A DNA stretch of 64,000 nt from an uncultured Bacilli bacterium (GTDB taxonomy: Bacteria > Bacillota_I > Bacilli_A > RF39 > UBA660). The DNA lies in NCBI GenBank assembly GCA_934149465.1, contig CAKPEZ010000004.1:5463-69462 (forward strand), written 5' to 3'. Numbering within the stretch: the stretch's first letter is position 1; each line of letters starts with the position of its first letter. This document shows, in pieces, positions 54,102 through 64,000 of the stretch. Under the pieces are notes generated by a model, which had not been told where the DNA came from, did not search any database, and saw only the letters and a list, made by a program, of their open reading frames with translations. The position numbers were made by a program, and so were the translations under genes.

Positions 54102-54227
54102 AATTAAATCCTCCTAAATATTTTATTTTACGTCTCAAGTTTATTATTTACATAAAAAGATAAAATATAAGTTCATTTTTTTATTATGTTGTGATATAAT
54201 GACAAATGTGAAAAAAGAGGAGAAAAA

Positions 54228-54587
54228 ATGCGTGTTAAGATAGAAGGAACTTTAACTAATTTGACTAACAAGACTAAAGAAGTAATAAATACAAGTGCGA
54301 TTTATCAAAAAAATAGTCTTACTTTTTATCAAAATGGGATAAAAAACAAGTTAAAGTTAACCAAAGAAGAAGCAATACTGATAAGAGAAAATGATACTTT
54401 TAAAAATAATATTTCTTTTTCTTTAAATAAGCCTACTGAAAATGAATATATTTTAAAAGAATATAATAATTTTTTTCTAATTAACATAAATACTCTTTTC
54501 TTACAGCAAACTGAAAATAGAATAGAAATAAAATATGAAGTGTTAGATAGTGGAGAGATATTTGAATATATTATAGAAATAAGGTGA
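54228..54587 (+). CDS. Small beta-rich protein (DUF1934-like) upstream of argS.
   Basis: 119 aa, overlapping the argS start by 4 nt. It occupies the position of ywiB-type proteins in Firmicutes. Confidence 0.4.
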   Translation: MRVKIEGTLTNLTNKTKEVINTSAIYQKNSLTFYQNGIKNKLKLTKEEAILIRENDTFKNNISFSLNKPTENEYILKEYNNFFLININTLFLQQTENRIEIKYEVLDSGEIFEYIIEIR

Positions 54588-56218
54588 AAAATTTGAATTT
54601 TAAAGAGATATTGAAAGAAGATATACTTAAATCTTTAAATAAATTAAATTTAGAAAAAACCAAAGAAGAAATAATTATTGAAATTCCAAAGACTCCTATT
54701 AATGGAAATTATTCTACCAATATAGCATTAGCTTTAGCAAGTGAGTTAAAAAAATCACCTAGAGAAATAGCAAATGCTATAAAGATGAATTTTAGTAGTA
54801 ATATCATTTCTAAAGTAGAAGTAGCAGGTCCTGGTTTTATAAATTTTTTTATCAAGAAAGAATGTTTATATGATGTTTTAAATGAAATACTTGATAAAAA
54901 GAAAAATTATGGAAAATCAAATATAGGTCAAAATAAAAAGATTAATATTGAATATGTTAGCGTTAATCCAACTGGTATAATGCATGTAGGTCATGGAAGA
55001 GGCGCTGCTTATGGAGATAATTTATCAAGAATACTATCGTTTACTGGATATGATGTTACTAGAGAATACTTTATAAATGATGCAGGTAATCAGATGAATA
55101 ATCTTGGAATATCAATAAAAGAAAGATACAAAGAATTACTTGGCTTTCCTTTTGATTTACCAGAAGATGGATATCATGGCAAAGAAATAATTACTATTGC
55201 AGAAGAGATAAAAAATAAATATCATGATCAGAAACTAGATAGCCAAGTAGAATTTTTTAAACAATATGGTTTAGAATATTTACTAAAGCAAATAAAAATA
55301 GATTTAGATAAATATCGAGTAAATTTTGATGTTTGGACTAGTGAGCAAACTTTATATGATGAAGGTTTAATTGAAAATATAATGGTAAAACTAAGAAAAA
55401 GTGGAGATTGCTATATTAAAGAAGATGCCTTGTGGCTTAATACTGCTAAATATGGTGATGAAAAAGATCGTGTCTTAGTAAAAAGTGATGGTAATTATAC
55501 TTACTTAGTTCCTGATATTGCATATCATTCCAACAAATTTGAAAGAAATTTTGATGAGTGTATTGACGTTTTTGGAGCAGATCATCATGGATACGTTTCA
55601 AGACTAAAAATAGCCCTAGAAATACTAGGATATGATACTAACAAACTAGATATAAAAATTTTGCAAATGGTAAGAATAATTAAAGATGGCAAAGAATTAA
55701 AGTTAAGTAAAAGAACAGGTCAAACTATCACTTTAAACGATTTAATAGATGAAGCTGGAATAAATGCGACTAGATATTTTTTTGCATCCAAAAGTATAGA
55801 TACACAAATGGATTTTAATCTTGATTTAGCGATAAAACAAACAAATGAAAATCCCGTATACTATATTGAATATGCGAATGCAAGAATAACTAAAATATTA
55901 AACAAATATCATAAATATGATTTAGTCGGAAAGAAAAACTATATGTACTTAGACGAAGAACTTACATATAATATTTTGAATAAGTTATATGAATTTAAAG
56001 ATGTTGTAGAAAATGTTAGTAAGAAGAGGATACCTCATTTAATTACTAATTATGTTTATGAGCTTGCTGGTAGCTTTCATAATTATTACAGCAATATCCA
56101 GATAATTACGGAAAATGAAGAAGAAACTTTAGAACATCTTTTATTAATAAATGCAATTAAAATTGTAATAAATAATAGTTTAAATTTACTGGGGATAATA
56201 CCTAGAGAAGAAATGTAG
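54584..56218 (+). CDS. argS: Arginine--tRNA ligase.
   Basis: HIGH-type motif (NPTGIMHVGHGRG) and the DALR anticodon-binding domain. Confidence 0.95.
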   Translation: MKNLNFKEILKEDILKSLNKLNLEKTKEEIIIEIPKTPINGNYSTNIALALASELKKSPREIANAIKMNFSSNIISKVEVAGPGFINFFIKKECLYDVLNEILDKKKNYGKSNIGQNKKINIEYVSVNPTGIMHVGHGRGAAYGDNLSRILSFTGYDVTREYFINDAGNQMNNLGISIKERYKELLGFPFDLPEDGYHGKEIITIAEEIKNKYHDQKLDSQVEFFKQYGLEYLLKQIKIDLDKYRVNFDVWTSEQTLYDEGLIENIMVKLRKSGDCYIKEDALWLNTAKYGDEKDRVLVKSDGNYTYLVPDIAYHSNKFERNFDECIDVFGADHHGYVSRLKIALEILGYDTNKLDIKILQMVRIIKDGKELKLSKRTGQTITLNDLIDEAGINATRYFFASKSIDTQMDFNLDLAIKQTNENPVYYIEYANARITKILNKYHKYDLVGKKNYMYLDEELTYNILNKLYEFKDVVENVSKKRIPHLITNYVYELAGSFHNYYSNIQIITENEEETLEHLLLINAIKIVINNSLNLLGIIPREEM

Positions 56219-56227
56219 GAGGATACT

Positions 56228-56671
56228 ATGAAATTAAATAAAATGAAAAAAGAAGATTTAGAACTTATGTCATATACTAAAATAGCAGAAGAAATATTAA
56301 AAGAAGAAAAAACTAAAATGAATACTGCTGAGTTGTTTAAAAAGATTTGTACTTTATTAGAATTGAGTGATAATGAATATGAAGAAAAAATAGCAGATTT
56401 TTTTCAGTCTTTAACTACAGCTAAAGAATTTATTTTATTAGAAGATGGTAATTGGGATTTAAAGATGAATCACTCTACTAAAGTATCTATTAATGACATT
56501 TTAGAAGATGAGGAAGAAGATTTAGATACTACTGAAGAAAATACTGATGAAAATGAAGAAGAATCTTTAGAAAATGATGAAGCAGAAGATTTTGATGCTA
56601 TCGATGATGACTATGAAGAAGATGATTTAAACGATTTGTCAATAATAAATGAAGATGAAATGGAAGAATAA
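56228..56671 (+). CDS. rpoE: RNA polymerase delta subunit.
   Basis: N-terminal HARE-HTH-like domain plus a poly-acidic C-terminus, typical of Firmicute RpoE. Confidence 0.8.
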   Translation: MKLNKMKKEDLELMSYTKIAEEILKEEKTKMNTAELFKKICTLLELSDNEYEEKIADFFQSLTTAKEFILLEDGNWDLKMNHSTKVSINDILEDEEEDLDTTEENTDENEEESLENDEAEDFDAIDDDYEEDDLNDLSIINEDEMEE

Positions 56672-56747
56672 GTTTCTTCTTTTTTTATCTTTTCTTGCTT
56701 TAATAACTATCTATATGATATAATCTTTAAATGAAAAGAGGGATACT

Positions 56748-57806
56748 ATGATCGACAGATTAGAAGCAACGTTAAAAAAATATAATGAAATTACTCTAGA
56801 ATTATCTAGTCCAGAAATAATAAGTGATATCAAAAAAATGACTAGTCTATCTAAAGAACAAGTACGTTTAAAAGAAACAGTAGATCTATACAATAAATAT
56901 AAAAAAGTTTTAGAAGATTTAAAAGAAGCAAATTCTTTATTAAAAGATCCTGATTTTGCAGATTTTGCAAAAGAAGAAATAAATAATTTAAACAATCAAA
57001 AAGAAGAAATAACTAAACAATTAGAAATTCTTTTAATACCCCATGATCCTAATGATGAAAAAAACGTTATGGTTGAAATTAAAGGTGCAGCTGGAGGAGA
57101 TGAAGGAAATCTATTTGCTGGGGATTTATTTGACATGTATCAAAAATACAGTGCCAAAGAAGGTTTTAAAATAGAAGTATTAGATTATACTTTAGGAACA
57201 GCAGGAGGATATTCTAATATATCATTTATGGTTAAAGGTGACGGTGCTTACTCAAAATTAAAATATGAAAGTGGTTCACATAGGGTTCAAAGAGTTCCTG
57301 AAACAGAATCTCAAGGAAGAGTTCATACTTCCACAGCAACTGTATTAGTAATGCCTGAAGCAGAAGATGTTGATATTGAGATAAAAGAAGAAGATATTAG
57401 AGTAGATATTTACCGAAGTGGTGGTCATGGTGGTCAAGGAGTAAATACTACTGATAGTGCTGTTCGTCTTACTCATATTCCAACTGGGATAGTAGTAACT
57501 TGTCAAAATGAAAGAAGCCAAATAAAAAATAAAGAATCTGCTATGAGAACTCTAAAAACTAGAATTATGGAAGAAACTAGAAGAAAAGCAGAAGCGGAAA
57601 ATGATGCTGAAAGAAGAATAAAAATAGGTACTGGAGATCGAAGTGAAAAGATTAGGACCTATAATTATCCGCAAAATAGAATAACAGATCATCGAATTGG
57701 TTTTACTACAATGAATTTAGATAGAGTTATGGACGGAGATTTAGATATTATTATTAATGAACTAATTAATGAAAATCAAAGAAGAGAATTAGAAAATAAT
57801 GCATAA
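56748..57806 (+). CDS. prfA: Peptide chain release factor 1.
   Basis: GGQ motif (SGGHGGQ) and a PxT-type recognition tripeptide (PET). Confidence 0.95.
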   Translation: MIDRLEATLKKYNEITLELSSPEIISDIKKMTSLSKEQVRLKETVDLYNKYKKVLEDLKEANSLLKDPDFADFAKEEINNLNNQKEEITKQLEILLIPHDPNDEKNVMVEIKGAAGGDEGNLFAGDLFDMYQKYSAKEGFKIEVLDYTLGTAGGYSNISFMVKGDGAYSKLKYESGSHRVQRVPETESQGRVHTSTATVLVMPEAEDVDIEIKEEDIRVDIYRSGGHGGQGVNTTDSAVRLTHIPTGIVVTCQNERSQIKNKESAMRTLKTRIMEETRRKAEAENDAERRIKIGTGDRSEKIRTYNYPQNRITDHRIGFTTMNLDRVMDGDLDIIINELINENQRRELENNA

Positions 57807-58584
57807 TCTTAATAAAAAATATTACCTAGATAAAAACTTAGATCGTAAATCACTTGCCTATTTAGATAAGTATTTAAATGAGCATCCTGATATTTCTTCA
57901 GACAAAATTAATGAATATATAAAAAAAATAGAAAAGGGAATTCCTATTCAATATATAGTTGGAGATGTTAATTTTTATGGTAATATCATAAAGGTAAATG
58001 AAAATGTCTTAATACCTCGTTATTGCACAGAAGAATTAGTTGAGAAGACTCTATCGTACATAGATAAATTCTTTAAAACTAACAAACTAAATATATTAGA
58101 TCTTTGTACAGGAAGTGGATGTATTGCAATTTCTTTAAAAAAAGAATTACCAAGCAGTAACATAGTAGCATCTGATATTTCAGTTAATTCTCTTAAACTT
58201 GCTAAAGAAAATGCAACTATTAATTTAACAGATATTACATTTTTAGAAAGTGATTTATTTAAAAAAATTCTAGGTAAATATCATGTAATAATAAGTAATC
58301 CTCCCTACTTAGATGAATATGAGGAAATAGAAAGCCAAGTAAGAAAATATGAACCAAGCATAGCCCTATTTGCACCTAATAATGGACTATATTATTACGA
58401 AGAAATTTTAAAGAATGTTTCTCTTTATTTAGAAGACAAATATTTAATTGCTTTTGAAATTGGTTATAATCAAAAAGATGCTTTAATAAAATTAAAAGAC
58501 AAATATTTAAAAGGTGCAACTATAATATCTCAAAAAGACCTAGAAGGATTTGAAAGATTTATCTTTATTACAAATATTGTATAA
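57799..58584 (+). CDS. prmC: Release factor glutamine methyltransferase PrmC/HemK.
   Basis: NPPY motif (ISNPPYL). It overlaps prfA. Confidence 0.85.
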   Translation: MHNLNKKYYLDKNLDRKSLAYLDKYLNEHPDISSDKINEYIKKIEKGIPIQYIVGDVNFYGNIIKVNENVLIPRYCTEELVEKTLSYIDKFFKTNKLNILDLCTGSGCIAISLKKELPSSNIVASDISVNSLKLAKENATINLTDITFLESDLFKKILGKYHVIISNPPYLDEYEEIESQVRKYEPSIALFAPNNGLYYYEEILKNVSLYLEDKYLIAFEIGYNQKDALIKLKDKYLKGATIISQKDLEGFERFIFITNIV

Positions 58585-58634
58585 AATTAAAAAGTATTAT
58601 CCATAACTATTTTTAGAAAGGGTGATACTTTTTT

Positions 58635-59168
58635 ATGAAAAAAATAATATTGATAATCATATCTATAACTATTATTTGTTTAGTATATCAAAAATATCAG
58701 AAGGAAGATCTTATTGAAATACCAAGTGACGCTATTAGAATAAGAATAATTCCTAATAGTAATACCCCAGAAGATCAATATATAAAAGGTAAAGTAAAAG
58801 ATTACGTTGAAAAAGAAATGTATGAAGCACTAAAAGATATTGATAATGTAGAAACAGCTAGAAAGATAATTAATAATAAATTAGATTCACTTAATGAAGG
58901 AATAGAAAAAGTGCTACTTGAAAATAATTATGATAAAAATTTTGAAATTAAATATGGTGATAACTATTTTCCTGCTAAAGAATATAAAGGAACTATATAT
59001 GAAGAAGGATATTATGAGTCGTTAGTAGTATCATTAGGAAGTGCCAAAGGTGATAACTGGTGGTGCGTATTATTTCCTCCTTTATGTCTTTTAGAAGCAG
59101 ATGAATCATCTGAAGTTGAATATAAATTTTTTGTTCAAGAGATGATTTCTAAAATATTTAATCATTAA
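58635..59168 (+). CDS. spoIIR: Stage II sporulation protein R.
   Basis: Signal-anchor, then IRIRIIPNSNTPEDQ, and a C-terminal GDNWWCVLFPPLC signature. Confidence 0.85.
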   Translation: MKKIILIIISITIICLVYQKYQKEDLIEIPSDAIRIRIIPNSNTPEDQYIKGKVKDYVEKEMYEALKDIDNVETARKIINNKLDSLNEGIEKVLLENNYDKNFEIKYGDNYFPAKEYKGTIYEEGYYESLVVSLGSAKGDNWWCVLFPPLCLLEADESSEVEYKFFVQEMISKIFNH

Positions 59169-59209
59169 TTATACATCCTCTAATAGAATTTACTATAGGA
59201 GGATTTTTT

Positions 59210-59752
59210 ATGTCTTCATTTTTTACAACTATAATTATTGGAATTAGTCTTAGCATGGATGCTTTCTCATTAGCGCTAATATATGGTACTTTAAATTTAT
59301 CTTCTAAACAAAAAATAGAATTAGCTATTATAGTTGGAATATATCATTTTATCATGCCATTACTAGGATTACTATTTGGTAATATAATTTATTCTTTTAT
59401 TCCATATAGCTTAAATATAATAGTTGGTTTAATATTTATCTTAATAGGCCTAGAAATGATTATCTCTAGTTTAAAAGAAAAGGAAAAGCCATATTTAATA
59501 GGACTTACTGGATTTCTTATTTTTGGCTTTAGCGTTAGTATAGATAGCTTTACTACTGGAATAGGCTTAAAAATAATAAATAATAATTTTTTTGAAGTTG
59601 GATTAACTTTTCAAGTTATTAGTTCCATATTAACTTATTTAGGATTAAATATAGGAAATATTCTTCATAAAAAGGTTGGAATATATTCTACGATATTAGG
59701 TGGAATAATTTTAATAGCACTTGGAGTAATTTTCTTCTTAGGCAAAATTTGA
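59210..59752 (+). CDS. mntP: MntP-family putative manganese efflux pump.
   Basis: LSMDAFS motif repeated in both halves, with 6 TM helices. Confidence 0.7.
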   Translation: MSSFFTTIIIGISLSMDAFSLALIYGTLNLSSKQKIELAIIVGIYHFIMPLLGLLFGNIIYSFIPYSLNIIVGLIFILIGLEMIISSLKEKEKPYLIGLTGFLIFGFSVSIDSFTTGIGLKIINNNFFEVGLTFQVISSILTYLGLNIGNILHKKVGIYSTILGGIILIALGVIFFLGKI

Positions 59753-59814
59753 CATAACACTAAAAAAGTGCTATAATTTAAATGGATTTGGGGGTTATAT
59801 AATAAAGCTTTATT

Positions 59815-59848
59815 ATGCGATCCTCAAAACAAGGATCGCATTTTATTT
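59815..59848 (+). terminator. Rho-independent terminator after mntP.
   Basis: ATGCGATCCT-caaaacaa-GGATCGCAT followed by TTTATTT. Confidence 0.65.
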
Positions 59849-59903
59849 GACAAAAAAATAAAAGTATGTTAAAATAATGGCCATCCATAAGGGGGAATTA
59901 GTT

Positions 59904-61412
59904 ATGAAATTATTTTATGGTTCAAAACAATTATTCATTAGAACGTACAAAGAAGAAAACGCTAATAGATATTATATTGGAGTTTTCGATAAGAAAGGAA
60001 ATTTAATTCAAAAAAGTAAAAATGCTTACAAAGATTCAACTGAAGAAGAAGATAATATTTTAGTTGCTGATATTGTAGCGCTTGCTCGTGCCTTAGAAAC
60101 TAAATATCCTGAATACCAAATTGAAAGGGATATTGATGAGACTCCATTTAGAGTTAATAGAAGCGCTAAGAAAGAAGAAGAAGCTAATAGAGAAAATGAA
60201 GAAATGCTTGAACAAAATTTAGAAGATAATCCTGAATATGTTGAAAACGAGAAAAAAGCTAAATTACAAAGAAGAAAAATAAGTGGTATAGCAATTGGAC
60301 TTGCTGCTATTATAGGTTTATCTTCAGGAGCTTATGCAATTGGTTATAGAATTGGTAAGAGAACTTCTAATAAAACTGAAAAGAATGTTACTGAATTATC
60401 AAGTGTTTTAGAGTCTCCTCTACCATCAGCTACTCCACTTCCAACTGTTACAATAACACCAGAAGCTACTATGGAAGTAACTCCTAGTCCATCAGCTGAA
60501 ATAACTCAAACTCCTACATATACCGTAGAAGAAAAAATTGCATTTATTAATGAAAATGTAGATGCTTTTCTTGAAAAATATAATGCTATAACAGGACGTA
60601 AGATAGATTATAATCAAGCTTTATTACAATTAGCATATATTAATGGATTAAATCAATCTCAAGTACAATTTGATACTAACGATTATATTTTAGATTTTCT
60701 AACTGATTACGGTGCATATTGGGATGCTATGACTACTCAAACTAAAAATAATATTGCCGTTAATGTAGTAGATACTAAAACTGATGAAATTTTAAAATAT
60801 GAAGATGTTGAATGGGATAAATTAACAGATGCAGAAAAAGAATGTATGTTAGAAAAATTTAAACCTATCCCATTAAAAGGAGAAAATCCTTTTGCTAATG
60901 GTGAGTTATATGGACAATATATTTTAGATGCAGAAGATCAAAATGCTTATAATGAACTTGCTTCTCAAATTGAAGATGTAGTTACTTATGCTTATGAAGG
61001 AAAAACTGCAGAAGCAGTAGCATCTTCATATAAAGTAAATAGATATGCTGCTGAAAGATATGTTTATGATAATAATCCAGATATTGATTTTAATTATCAA
61101 AATTTATCTGAATGTACTAAACTTATGAATAGAGTTATGATTGCTCATGTTACTCATTTCTTACCTGAAAAAACAGAATTTGAAATAGATACATTAGCAG
61201 GAAAAACTACTATGATTAACTATGATCATAAAAAAGAAATGGCTTCCTTTGATGAAAATGCAATGGGTTATACTTTAACTAATAATCTTCATTATGATAA
61301 TGACTATTATTATCAATGGCTTACAATTACTGAAACAAGAAAAACTCTAGAAGAAGCTGAAAATTGCATTTTACCAACTGAGACTCCAAAAGTAAAAACA
61401 AGAAGAAGATAG
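59904..61412 (+). CDS. Single-pass membrane protein of unknown function (about 500 aa).
   Basis: Charged cytoplasmic N-terminus, a TM helix (IAIGLAAIIGL), a Pro/Thr/Ser-rich linker and a ~330 aa ectodomain. The supplied ORF starts at 59877. Confidence 0.5.
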   Translation: MKLFYGSKQLFIRTYKEENANRYYIGVFDKKGNLIQKSKNAYKDSTEEEDNILVADIVALARALETKYPEYQIERDIDETPFRVNRSAKKEEEANRENEEMLEQNLEDNPEYVENEKKAKLQRRKISGIAIGLAAIIGLSSGAYAIGYRIGKRTSNKTEKNVTELSSVLESPLPSATPLPTVTITPEATMEVTPSPSAEITQTPTYTVEEKIAFINENVDAFLEKYNAITGRKIDYNQALLQLAYINGLNQSQVQFDTNDYILDFLTDYGAYWDAMTTQTKNNIAVNVVDTKTDEILKYEDVEWDKLTDAEKECMLEKFKPIPLKGENPFANGELYGQYILDAEDQNAYNELASQIEDVVTYAYEGKTAEAVASSYKVNRYAAERYVYDNNPDIDFNYQNLSECTKLMNRVMIAHVTHFLPEKTEFEIDTLAGKTTMINYDHKKEMASFDENAMGYTLTNNLHYDNDYYYQWLTITETRKTLEEAENCILPTETPKVKTRRR

Positions 61413-61420
61413 AAAATCAT

Positions 61421-61452
61421 TGACATTAGATGTAAAATCTAATGTCTTTTTG
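61421..61452 (+). terminator. Rho-independent terminator after the 511 aa gene.
   Basis: GACATTAGAT-gtaaa-ATCTAATGTC followed by T5. Confidence 0.65.
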
Positions 61453-61497
61453 TTTGACTTTAATAACTTTTTTGGATAAGATTAAGTTGGTGATAAT

Positions 61498-62340
61498 ATG
61501 TTAGTTAATAGTAAAAATATCCTTTTAAAAGCTAAAAAAGAAAAGTATGCGGTCGCACATTTTAATATTAATAATCTGGAATGGACTAGATATATTTTAG
61601 AGGAAACTAATCTTCTTAATGTGCCAGTTATTCTTGGAGTAAGTGAAGGCGCTATAAAATATATGGGCGGTGTTAATATCGTATCTTCTATGGTAAAAGC
61701 TATGATTAGTGATTTAAATATTACTAATGATGTTGTTCTCCATCTTGATCATGGTTCATCTTTTGAAATGTGTAAGAAGTGCATAGATGCAGGCTTTACT
61801 TCAGTTATGATCGATGCTTCAAGATTACCATTGGAAGAGAATATAAGAATAACTAAAGAAGTTGTTAATTATGCCCATAAATATAATGTTACTGTAGAAG
61901 GAGAAATTGGTGAAATTGGTGGAGCAGAAGATGGTTTAGAGGGAAAAAATTATAACGCCAAAAAAGAAGATGTTATTTATTATGTTAATGAAACCAATCT
62001 TGATAGCGTTGCACCTGCTTTAGGAAGTGTTCATGGATTATATAAAGGACTACCTAAATTAGATTATGAGACTATGAAAGATATTAATAATTCTATTTCT
62101 ATACCATTAGTACTTCATGGAGGAACTGGTATTTTAGATGAACAAATAAAAAAATCTATTTCTTGTGGTATTGCTAAAATAAATATAAATACTGAATTAC
62201 AAATAGCTTGGTCAGATGCGGTAAAAAAATATATAAAAGATAATCCTAATATATATGATCCTCGTAAAATTATATCTTCTGGCGAGTCTAATATTAAAAA
62301 ACATATAAAAGATAAGATTAGTTTACTTATGAACATATAA
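61498..62340 (+). CDS. fba: Class II fructose-bisphosphate aldolase.
   Basis: 280 aa class II aldolase with zinc-binding His residues (HLDHG, LHGGTG). Confidence 0.88.
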   Translation: MLVNSKNILLKAKKEKYAVAHFNINNLEWTRYILEETNLLNVPVILGVSEGAIKYMGGVNIVSSMVKAMISDLNITNDVVLHLDHGSSFEMCKKCIDAGFTSVMIDASRLPLEENIRITKEVVNYAHKYNVTVEGEIGEIGGAEDGLEGKNYNAKKEDVIYYVNETNLDSVAPALGSVHGLYKGLPKLDYETMKDINNSISIPLVLHGGTGILDEQIKKSISCGIAKININTELQIAWSDAVKKYIKDNPNIYDPRKIISSGESNIKKHIKDKISLLMNI

Positions 62341-62359
62341 TATAAGAGGAGGAAACTTT

Positions 62360-63610
62360 ATGTCAAAAATACAAATTGAAGGAGGTCACTACTTAACAGG
62401 TGAAATAAATATAAGTGCTGCTAAAAATGGAGCAGTTGCTCTTATTCCGGCAGCAATACTTTGTGATGAAGAAGTAACTATTAGTAATCTTCCTGATATA
62501 AGCGATATAGATTCATTAAAAGAAATTTTAACTTTTTTAAATGCCAAAATTGATTGCAATAACGATATGATTAAGATTGATTCTTCTAATTTAAATAATC
62601 AAGATATTCCTTTAGAATTATCTCAAAAATTAAGAGCATCTTATTATTTTATGGGTTCTTTATTAGGAAAATTCCATAAAGTAAAAATGTATTTTCCAGG
62701 AGGATGCTCGATCGGAACTAGACCAATTAACCTTCATTTGAAAGGCTTTGAAGCATTAGGTGCTAAAATAACAGAAGAAGATAACAATTATTTAATAGAA
62801 GCCTCAAAATTAAAAGGAAATAAAATATATTTAGATATTCCAAGTGTAGGCGCTACTATTAATATAATGCTAGCAGCAGTAAAAGCAGAAGGAGAAACTG
62901 TTATCGAAAATGCAGCCAAAGAACCAGAAATAGTAAATGTAGCAACATTCTTAAATAGTATGGGTGCTAAAATAACCGGTGCTGGAACAAGTATAATCAA
63001 AATCAAGGGAGTTAAACATCTTCATAAGGCATTTCATGAAGTAATACCAGATCGAATTGAAGCAGGAACTTATTTGGTAATAGGAGCATTATTAGGAAAA
63101 AATTTAACAATAAAAAATATCATTCCTGATCATCTTATATCTCTTATATCAAAGTTAAAAGAATCTGGCGTAAAAATGGATGTTGGAGCAGATTATGTAT
63201 TTTTTAAAGAGCCAGGTCATTATCAATCAATTAACATAAAAACTCAGGTATATCCTGGATTTCCAACAGATCTTCAGCAAATCTTAATACCGTTTTTAAC
63301 TCAGTGTGAAGGAATAAGTAACGTTTATGAAACAATATACGAAAATAGATTTCAAAATATCCCTGATACTAAATCTATGGGAGCAGATATTATCGTAAAA
63401 GATAATCATCATGCTATTGTTAAAGGTATAACTCCCCTATTTGGTAATAATGTAAATGCTACTGATTTGCGCGGTGGAATGTCAATGGTAGTTTGTGCTT
63501 TAATCGCAGAAGGAGTTACAACAATAGATAAGATAGAACATATATTAAGAGGCTATGATCATGTTGTCGAAAAACTACAAAAAGTTGGTGCTAAAATAGA
63601 ATTAATTTAA
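62360..63610 (+). CDS. murA: UDP-N-acetylglucosamine 1-carboxyvinyltransferase.
   Basis: 416 aa EPT fold with the active-site Cys loop (PGGCSIGTRP), located downstream of fba as in Bacillus. Confidence 0.92.
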   Translation: MSKIQIEGGHYLTGEINISAAKNGAVALIPAAILCDEEVTISNLPDISDIDSLKEILTFLNAKIDCNNDMIKIDSSNLNNQDIPLELSQKLRASYYFMGSLLGKFHKVKMYFPGGCSIGTRPINLHLKGFEALGAKITEEDNNYLIEASKLKGNKIYLDIPSVGATINIMLAAVKAEGETVIENAAKEPEIVNVATFLNSMGAKITGAGTSIIKIKGVKHLHKAFHEVIPDRIEAGTYLVIGALLGKNLTIKNIIPDHLISLISKLKESGVKMDVGADYVFFKEPGHYQSINIKTQVYPGFPTDLQQILIPFLTQCEGISNVYETIYENRFQNIPDTKSMGADIIVKDNHHAIVKGITPLFGNNVNATDLRGGMSMVVCALIAEGVTTIDKIEHILRGYDHVVEKLQKVGAKIELI

Positions 63611-63637
63611 ATATAATAATACCATAAGAGGTGTCTT

Positions 63638-64000
63638 ATGAAAAAAATTATCTTTATTTTAATTCTTTTTCTTTCTTGTTTTTTAATATATATTAATACT
63701 AATAATAAGAAGATTTATTATTTAAATATTGGTGACAGAATTTCTTTTGATAATAAGGATAATGTTTATGGATATTCTTATCATATAAAAAATTATTTAT
63801 CTAGTAAAAAGAAACTTGCTGGTTATAATGATTATTTTACTAATGAAGATTATCGTATTACTGATCTTATCTCTTTAATTAAAGAAAATAAAATGACTGA
63901 TTCTAAAAAAAGTCCTAATACAATTAATCAACTTTTAAAAAAGTCTAATTTACTAACTATTTCTATTGGGACTAACGAATTATATTATAAACTTTCTTAT
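63638..64000 (+). CDS. Partial secreted or membrane-anchored protein, possibly an SGNH/GDSL-like hydrolase (N-terminal 121 aa only).
   Basis: Signal peptide, then LNIGDRISFD, a GDS-like block. The ORF runs off the window end. Confidence 0.35.
   Translation, partial: MKKIIFILILFLSCFLIYINTNNKKIYYLNIGDRISFDNKDNVYGYSYHIKNYLSSKKKLAGYNDYFTNEDYRITDLISLIKENKMTDSKKSPNTINQLLKKSNLLTISIGTNELYYKLSY

Noticed and set aside
54102-54227. Possible T-box or other leader upstream of the DUF1934-like/argS pair.
   Set aside because: No AGAGA box, T-box consensus or terminator is visible. Only an AT-rich promoter-like region with a GAGGAG RBS.

Overview
This window is the chromosomal replication-origin region of a very AT-rich Firmicute (about 27% GC). 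It uses the standard genetic code: TGA acts as a stop and Trp is encoded by TGG. The organism carries endospore genes (yabG, veg, yabP, yabQ, spoVT, bofA, yaaT, spoIIR). The oriC core is intact: rpmH-rnpA-yidC-jag-mnmE-mnmG-rsmG-parB on the plus strand, and dnaA-dnaN-(comK-like)-recF-gyrB-gyrA on the minus strand. Clusters of DnaA-box-like 9-mers flank dnaA on both sides. The rest is largely Bacillus-like core synteny: dnaX-ybaB-recR-bofA-holB-yaaT-yabB-rsmI-pth-mfd-spoVT, metG-tatD-yabE-rsmA-yabG-veg, tilS-ftsH, dusB-lysS, argS-rpoE, prfA-prmC-spoIIR, and fba-murA. I found no CRISPR array, integrase, transposase or prophage. The unusual features are listed below. (1) Four copies of an 18-bp near-palindrome (ATGTTYCACGTGRAACAT) sit as two inverted pairs around a minimal (~75 nt) SRP RNA gene. 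(2) An orphan VirD4/TraG-type coupling ATPase with an acidic tail lies among housekeeping genes. (3) A ComK-family gene sits between dnaN and recF. (4) The DnaA boxes are non-canonical (TTATGAACA-type). (5) A Met T-box leader lies directly after an hdeD-like gene. (6) A lone ParB/Noc with a long disordered linker has no ParA partner. (7) Several uncharacterised membrane or secreted proteins are present. Product names come from recognisable motifs in the supplied translations. No database search was possible.
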